From: Octopus sinensis | Lineage: Eukaryota | NCBI RefSeq assembly: GCF_006345805.1 | Contig: NC_043011.1 | Span: 4,464,001 to 4,528,000, forward strand | Direction of reading: 5' to 3' | Length of the DNA stretch: 64,000 bases | Shown: positions 52,326 to 61,300 of the stretch, piece by piece | How positions within the stretch are numbered: the first letter of the stretch is position 1 | Layout: the number at the start of each line of letters is the position of its first letter | Notes under the pieces: model-generated | The model's database searches: none | Seen by the model: only the letters and a program-made list of their open reading frames with translations | What the model was told of the DNA's origin: nothing | Translations under genes and position numbers: made by a program

Positions 52326-55300
52326 TGTATTAAGTCGATTACATCGACCCCAGTGCATAACTGGTACTTAATTTATTGACCCCGAAAGGATGAAAGACAA
52401 AGTCGACCTCGGCGGAATTTGAACTCGGAACGTAACGGCAGACGAAATATGGCTACGCATTTACTGACCCCAAAAGGATGAAAGGTAAAGTTGACCTTGA
52501 AAAATAAAGAGTGGGAAAAAATCCATGCTAATGATTCTACCAGCTTGCTGCCTTTCTCATAGCAATCATGAGTTCACAATCATGAGGTAGTGAGTTCAAT
52601 TCCTGGACCAAGCTGTGTGTTGTGCCTACTTTACCTCATTTACCCCTATGATTGACTTTTGCTCTTCTAGCACCCATATTACTCACTGCTTTAACTCTTT
52701 TCCCTTTTGTCATTCATTTGTGTCACTCATCTGTCTATTACTGTCTAAAACATCCATGTTTTATCTGTCTTGCTTCTTGCATCCATGCCCCATGTCATTC
52801 ATTCCTCAGTCACAATCTCTCCTAATATTAATTAGGGTAAATGCTAAAGACCCCCTTCAGTTATGAATAACCATGGGATTACACCTAGAAAGTTGCCCTT
52901 GTCTGGGCAAGGTTGTTTATGAAAGACTAGTAATTACCCATGCAATAACATGCATGTTTCTAGATGCAGGCCTAGCTATTGGGGGTATTTGTCTCCCCTT
53001 CGTAAATATATAAGGACACAGGAAATGTGTCAAGGCCGACAGGAAGCGTCGATGCTTCCTAGGGCTAAACAGCGGTGGTGTAATTCCCTTACAGGACTGT
53101 CACGTTAAGTTGACAGTACACAACCACTATATATATATATATATATATATGAGACAGGCTTCTTTCAGTTTCTGAATCCAGTCATAAGACTCTCCACGTC
53201 ACTGATGTTATCCGATGGTAAGGAAAAAGGCCAATACATCTTGGCACCAGTGATGTCGCAACTCATTTCTGCTGCTGAGTAAATAGAAGCAATATGAAAA
53301 TAAAGTGTCTTGCTCAAGAACACAACACACAGCTTGGTTCAGGAATTGAACTCACTACCTCATGATTGTGAACTCATGATTGCTATGAGAAAGGCAGCAA
53401 GCTGGTAGAATCATTAGCATGGATTTCTTCCCACTCTTTATTTTTCAAGGTCAACTTTACCTTTCATCCTTTTGGGGTCAGTAAATGCACAGCCGTATTT
53501 TGTCTGTCGTTACGTTCCGAGTTCAAATTCTGCCGAGGTCACTTTGTCTTGCATCCTTTCGGAGTCAATAAATTAAGTACCAGTTATGCACTGGGGTCGA
53601 TGTAATCGACTTAATCCCTTTGTCTGTCCTTGTTTGTCCTCTTTGTGTGTAGTAAAGAAATAAAATACCAGTCAAATACAGGGGTTGATGTAATTGATTA
53701 TCTCCTCTCCTAAAATTGCTGGCATCGTACCTAATTTGGAACTTATTTGTTATGAGAAAAGTAAGAGATGCAAAAATGATGAGAATGGAGATGTGAATGG
53801 GGAGATGAATATTTCTCTTTTTATAATATTTCCCTTTTTCTCTTTGCAGCCCGTTACAAGTACGAATACTGAATGACAAAATGATACAGCTGGAGAGAAC
53901 CTTTATTGATCCTGAAGGAATAATTGGCAAAAGACAATACAAGTGAGTCAGGCTTGGTTTTAGAAGCATATATATATATGGAGGCGCAATGGCCCAGTGG
54001 TTAGGGCAGCGAACTCGCGGTCGTAGGATCACAGTTTCGATTCCCAGACCAGGCGTTGTGAGTGTTTATTGAGCGAAAACACCTAAAAGCTCCACGAGGC
54101 TCCAGCAGGGGGTGGTGATCCCTGCTGTACTCTTTCACCACTCTTTCTTCTGTTGGCCTGCTCGCTTAGCCAGTGGGGTGGCGTCATTCGAAGGCTAAAA
54201 CAATGCAAAACGCATTGTGACTAGCGATGTGTAGCAACATCTGATGGTCTGGTTGGTCATGTGATCACGTGATAGATAGTCGAGATGCTTGAACGGAGAC
54301 GTGTTGACGTATGTTGTATGCAAGAAATAAGGTGGAGAGGAGGATCTGCTAGGTTCCTCACAGGCAAGGAACACAGGTACAAGATTTTCTGGGCAGGGAA
54401 CACTGACGGGGTTGGTGGCGTGGGTATACTTATCGCTGAGAAATGGATAGATAGAGTAATTGAGGTAATCAGAGTAAGTGACAGAATACTTAAGATTAGA
54501 ATAGTGCTTCATAATAGATTAGCAACCATTATATCGGCCTATGCCCCTCAGCCAGGGCTACCCGATGGACAGAAAGACAGTTTCTATGACACCCTACTGC
54601 AGACCACCTCATTGACGAACGACAGGGACCTTCTCTTTGTGGCTGGTGATTTCAATGGGCATGTTGGACGACATGCTGGGGGCTTCCATGGCGTGCATGG
54701 AGGCTACGGTTATGGTTCCCGCAACGAGGAGGGAACCAGGCTGCTGGAGTTCTGCGATGCGAATAGTCTTATGATCTGCAACACTAACTTCAGGAAACCA
54801 ACAAGCCACCTGGTCACCTACCGATCGGGCGGCATACTAGCCAAATCGACTACATCCTCGCCAGAAAAAGGGAAAGATGGCTGCTTATAAATGCCAAAAC
54901 CTTCCCAGGCGAAGAATGCACCCCACAACATAGACTGGTAGTTAGTGACTTTAGGATCAGGACTAAGAGGGCGACTAGAAGATGACCAACATGGAGAAGA
55001 AGGGTCTGGAAGCTTAAAGACCTGCGAATGGACAGAGATTTAGAGATATGTTACTTGAAGCCTTTGACGAAGTGGAAGGGGGTATAGCTACACATGGGGT
55101 AGAAGACAACTGGACGTTTCTGAGGGACAACCTGCTGAAAGCCGCTGACCAGATCTGTGGCTGGTGCAAAGTCCCCTTAAGACCCAAAATAACATGGTGG
55201 TGGAACAATATTGTTGATAGGGCTATTAGACAAAAGAAACAGGCTTGGAAGGCCTGGAAGAACGGTGGTAGCAGGGAAGTGTATCAGACTGCCAGAAGGG

Positions 55301-58300
55301 AAGCTAGGAGACAGGTCTATCTAGCCAGAGAGGGGAAGCAGATAAAAGAAAATTTGCCAATGTCTGCGCCGTGAGGATGAAAGACTTGAGGTATTTCGTG
55401 TTGCAAGACAGTGTGTGAGAGAGAATCGAGATGTGGTAGGAGAGAAATGTGTTCGCATGGAGGATGGCTCACTTGCGCTAAATGAGGATGCAAAGAGAGA
55501 AGCTTGGAGACGCCACTATGAAAGGTTGCTGAATGAGGAAAATGAATGGGATAAAGAGAGTCTGCCAAATGTTGACCCAACAGAGGGACCAGCTATCCGA
55601 GTTGATAGTTCCGTGGTAGCTAAGGCAATTAGAAGCATGAAGACAGGGAAAGCCCCAGGCCCATCAGGAATTACTGCAGAGATGCTCAAAATATCTGGTA
55701 GTGTCGGCTATAGCATAGTCACCCGTATAGTTAACCAGGTGATACACGAAGGAGTCATACCCAATGACTGGTGTAGCAGCATAATAGTCAACTGCTACAA
55801 AGGTAAAGGCGATGCCCTAGATACAAATAACTACAGGGGCATCAAGCTGTTGGATCAGGTAATGAAGGTTACGGAGAGGGTTATAGCCCAGTTAATTAGA
55901 GAGAGAGTTAACTTAGATGATATGCAGTTTGGGTTCGTGCCAGGGAAAAGTACTACTGATGCTATATTCCTGGTAAGACAGCAGCAGGAGAAATACCTAG
56001 CCAAAGGTAAGCCTTGTTGTACCTGGTTTGTTGACTTAGAGAAAGCCTTTGACAGGGTTCCCCGATCCCTTATCTGGTGGTCAATGAGGAAACTAGGGAT
56101 AGATGAATGGTTAGTGAGAGCTGTGCGAGCCATGTACAGAGACGCAGCTAGTAAGGTGAGGGTTGGCAACGAGTACAGTGAAGAATTCCAGGTAGAGGTT
56201 GGGGTCCACCAAGGTTCAGTCCTCAGCCCCCTCCTATTTATCATAGTCCTCCAGGCAATAACGGAAGAATTTAAGACAGGATGCCCCTGGGAGCTCCTAT
56301 ATGCTGATGACCTTGCTCTAATTGCTGAGTCACTATCAGAACTAGAGGAGAAGTTTCAGGTGTGGAAACAAGGATTAGAATTGAAGGGCCTTAGAATCAA
56401 CCTAGCTAAAACCAAAGTCCTAATAAGTAGGAAGGTGGACCAACCACAAACGACTTCAGGTAGATGGCCCTGCTCGATCTGTAAAAAAGGTGTAGGTAGA
56501 AACTCTATAAGGTGCACCAAGTGTAAGCTATGGACACATAAGAGGTGCAGCAATGTCAAAGGAAGGCTAACTAAGAAAATAGTTTTTGTCTGTGGCAGAT
56601 GCTCAAGAGAAATAAACACTGGAAATGTGCAGAGACCAACTTCTACCACGTTCCAGGGAGACAAACTAGAAGTAGTTGATAGCTTCCGCTACCTAGGAGA
56701 CCAAGTCAGTAGCGGGGGTGGGTGTGCTGAAAGTGTAACTGCTAGAGTAAGAATAGCCTGGGCAAAGTTTAGAGAGCTCTTACCCCTGCTGGTGACAAAA
56801 GGCCTGTTGCTAAGAGTAAAAGGCAGACTATATGATGCGTGTATACGTACAGCCATGCTACATGGTAGTGAAACATGGGCCGTGACAGCTGAGGATATGC
56901 GTAAGCTTGCAAGAAATGAAGCCAGTATGCTCCGATGGATGTGTAATGTCAGTGTTCATAATCGTCAGAGTGTAAGTACTTTGAGAGAAAAGTTGAACCT
57001 AAGAAGTGTCAGTTGTGGTGTGCAAGAGAGACGGCTGCGCTGGTATGGTCATGTGACGAGAATGGCTGAAGATAGTTGTGTGCAAAAGTGCTACACCCTA
57101 GCAGTTGAGGGAACCTGTGGAAGAGGTAGACCCAGGAAAACCTGGGATGAGGTGGTGAAGCACGACCTTCGAACTTTAGGTCTCACCAAGGAAATGACTG
57201 AAGACCGAGTCCTATGGAAGTGTGCTGTGCATGAGAGGACCCGGCAGGACTAGTCAGGCCATATCCCGTGGCCCCTACCTGGGACGTAGTCGATCCACCT
57301 GTGCATACCTTCCTTCTTGTGACATTTGTGAAGACCTGCTGAGGCAAGTGAAAATCAATCAAAATAGATGAACATCAATGGAATTTGTATCTTTGTGGTA
57401 CCAGTGCCTGTGGCACACAAGAAAACCATCCGAACGTGGCCATAGCCAATACCGCATTGACTGGCCTCCGTGCTGTGGGAACATAGTGGCACATAAAAAC
57501 ACCATCCGAAGACCCGGCAAGACTAGTCAGGTCATAACCCGTGGGCCCTACCTGGGACGTAGTCAGTCCACCTGTACATACCTTCCTTCTTGTGACACTT
57601 GTGAAGACCTGTTGAGGCAAGTGAAAATCAAAACAAATCAAAATAGATGAACATCAATGGAATTTGTATCTTTGTGGTACCAGTGCCGGTGGCACACAAG
57701 AATCCATCCGAACGTGGCCATAGTCAGTACCGCATCACTGGCCATCGTGCTGTGGGCACATAACAAACACCATCCGGTCGTGGCCGTTCGCCAGCCTCAT
57801 CTAGCACCTGTGTCGGTGGCACATAAAAACACCATCCGAAGACCCGGCAAGACTATTCAGGCCATAAACCATGGCCCCTACCTGGGACGTAGTCAGTCCA
57901 CCTGTGCATACCTTCCTCCTTGTGATACTTGTGAAGGCCTGTTGAGGCAAGTGAAAATCAAAATCAAAATCAAATCAAAACAAATCAAAATAGATGAACA
58001 TCAATGGAATTTGTATCTTTGTGGTACCAGTGCCGGTGGCACACAAGAGAAAACCATCCGAAAGTGGCCGTAGCCAGTACCGCATCGACTGGCCTCCGTG
58101 CTGTGGGCACATCCGAAAGTGGCCGTAGCCAGTACCGCATCGACTGGCCTCCGTGCTGTGGGCACATGACAAACACCATCCGATCGTGGCCGTTCGCCAG
58201 CCTCATCTAGCACCTGTGTCGGTGGCACATAAAAACACCATCCGAAGACCCGGCAAGACTAGTCAGGCCATAACCCATGGCCCCTACCTGGGACGTAGTC

Positions 58301-61300
58301 AGTCCACCTGTGCATACCTTCCTTCTTGTGACACTTGTGAAGACCTGTTGAGGCAAGTGAAAATCAAAATCAAAATCAAAACAAATCAAAATAGATGAAC
58401 ATCAATGGAATCTGTATCTTTGTGGTACCAGTGCCGGTGGCACACACTTTGTGGTACCAGTGCCGGTGGCACACAAGAGAACCATCCGAACGTGGCCGTA
58501 GCCAGTTCCGCATCGACCGGCCTCCGTGCTGTGGGCATGTAACAAACACCATCCGATCATGGCCGTTCGCCAGCCTCATCTGGCACCTGTGTCGGTGGCA
58601 CATAAAAACACCTTCCGAAGACCCGGCAAGACTAGTCAGTCCACCTGTGCATACCTTCCTTCTTGTGACACTTGTGAAGACCGGTTGAGGCAAGTGAAAA
58701 TCAAAATCAAAATCAAAATCAAATCAATCAAATCAAAATCAAAATAGACAAAATAGATGAACATCAATGGAATTTGTATCTTGTGGTACCAGTGCCTGTG
58801 GCACACAAGAATCCATCAGTGCTGTAGTCAGTGCGGTGGGCACATGACAAACACCATCCGATCGTGGCCGTTCGCCAGCCTCATCTAGCACCTGTGTCGG
58901 TGGCACATAAAGACACCATCCGAAGACCCGGCAAGACTAGTCAGGCCATAACCCATGGCCCCTACCTGGGACGTAGTCAGTCCACCTGTGCATACCTTCC
59001 TTCTTGTGACACTTGTGAAGACCTGTTGAGGCAAGTGAAAATCAAATCAAAACAAATCAAAATAGATGAACATCAATGGAATTTGTATCTTTGTGGTACC
59101 AGTGCCGGTGGCACGTGGCACACAATAAAACCATCCGAACGTGGCCGTAGCCAGTACCGCATCGACTGGCCTCCGTGCTGTGGGCACGTAACAAGCACCA
59201 TCCGATCGTGGCCGTTTGCCAGCCTCATCTGGCACCTGTGTCGGTGGCACATAAAAACACCATCCGAGCGTGGCCGTCTGCCAGCCTCGTCTGGCACCTG
59301 TGTCGGTGGCACATAAAAACACCATCCGAGCGTGGCCGTTTGCCAGCCTCGTCTGGCACCTGTGTCGGTGGCACATAAAATCACCCACTACACTCTCGGA
59401 GTGGTTGGCGTTAGGAAGGGCATCCAGCTGTAGAAACACTGCCAGATCTGACTGGACTGGTGCAGCTTTCGGGCTCCCCAGACCCCAGTTGAACCGTCCA
59501 ACCCATGCTAGCATGGAAAGCGGACGTTAAATGATGATGATGATGATGATGATGATATATATATATAAAACTTTTTCCTCTTTGTTTTAATTTTTTGTAA
59601 TATTTTTTTCTATTTACATTTTTCCATCGTTATTTTAGTCCATTGCCATCCATTATGGTTGACTGAAATATATTCATTGGACCCCTTTACATTCCAAGTT
59701 CAAAAGTTCAAATCTTGCCAAGATTGGCTTTGTTCTTCATTCTTCCAATATCAATAAAATTAAATATCATTCAAATATTGGGGTTCATTTAATTACACAT
59801 ACTCTCCTCCGCAAAATTTCAGATCTTGTGAATAGTAGAATGAATTGGCTGAACGAGGGATAAAAAAACCTTGTGGTTTATATTTGCTCCCAATTACATA
59901 CTGTGTTCAAATATTGCTGTGGTCAACTTAGACTTTTGTCTTTTTCTAACCGATAAAATACCAGTTATTCTATTGCAATGTCCTTTCTTGCCAAATATAC
60001 GGCCAAGTGCTTATGCTAGAAATTATTCTTATTTGGCAGAATTGTTAGCATGTTGGACAAAAAGTTCAACTGTATTTCTTCCAGTTGCTTTAATTCTGAA
60101 TTCAAATTCTGCTGAGGTCAACTTTGCCTTTTATCCATTTAGCATTGATTAAATATAGTTACTAATCCAGTACTGGGGTCAATTGTAATTGTCTTAATCC
60201 TTACCCAACAAACACCTCAAAATAGGTGGCCTTGTGCCAAAATGAGAAAGCATCATCATCATCATCATTATTATTATAATAGTGAGCTGGTTGAACCATC
60301 ACGATGATGGACAAAATGCCACCTAATGCCACCCTCTTGATGTTCCACTGAGGTTGAATTTGCTTTTCATCTTTTCAGGGTCAAGAAAATAAATACCTGT
60401 CAAATACTGGGGTTGATATGTCCAACTCACTTCTTCCCTTGAAATTGCTGGCCTTGTGCCAAAATTTGAAATTATCATCATTATTAATAAGGTTGTGAGC
60501 TAGCAAAATTATTAGCACACTAGGCAAAATGCTGAGCAGCATTTTGTCCCTCTTTATGCTTTGAGTTCAAATGGCACTTTGGTCAACTTTGCTTTTCACC
60601 TTTTCGGAGGCATCATAATTAATATACCCCTCCTCAAAATTGCTCAGTATGAAAACATGAATGGGAAGGGCCTTCCTTAGATTAGTGTATTAACATTTTA
60701 CGCAATATGGAAAATATTCTATAAACATAACTTGAGAGTTTCATTCAGCTGGGCAACTAGTGTCAATAAGATGTTAGTCCATGGACAGAAGCAAAATGTT
60801 CATGTAGGATTTACAGTGTTGCATTGACTCAGTGAATGGTCAATGCAACACTGAAGCCATGGTCTCTAATGCAGAAGTGGTTTTAACCAACACCCACAGA
60901 GTGAGTTGTATACAGCAATATGTTTGGGCAATGATAGGCTCTTTTAAAGGCAGGTTGAATAATCATAGATCCTCTTTAAGAATCCAAAAGAGGGGTAATG
61001 TCGTAACTTTAACCAGTTATATATGGTGATTCGAAGGCGGCGAGCTGGCAGAAATGTTAGCACACCGGGCGAAATGCTTAGCAGTATTTCGTCTGCCATT
61101 ACGTTCTGAGTTCAAATTCCACCGAGGTTGACTTTGCCTTTCATTCTTTCGGGTTGATAAATAAAGTACCAGTTATGCACTGGGGTCGATGTAATCAACT
61201 TAATTCCTTTGAATGCCCTTGTTTTTCCCTTCTATGTTTAGCCCCTTGCGGGCAATAAAGAAATATATATATGGTGATTGGAAAAGAGGAAACAATGCTA

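Noticed and set aside
53980-54050. tRNA-like sequence (also heads at 9350-9425 and in SINE A/B)
   Set aside because: A/B boxes are present, but each continues into a SINE body and no complete cloverleaf was evident; not called as tRNA genes
57249-59290. ctgttgaggcaagtgaaa in each UTR unit as a hammerhead; ggccat-aaccc-atggcc as an HDV-like start
   Set aside because: The essential A6 is missing and stem II cannot form; no nested double pseudoknot could be built by eye
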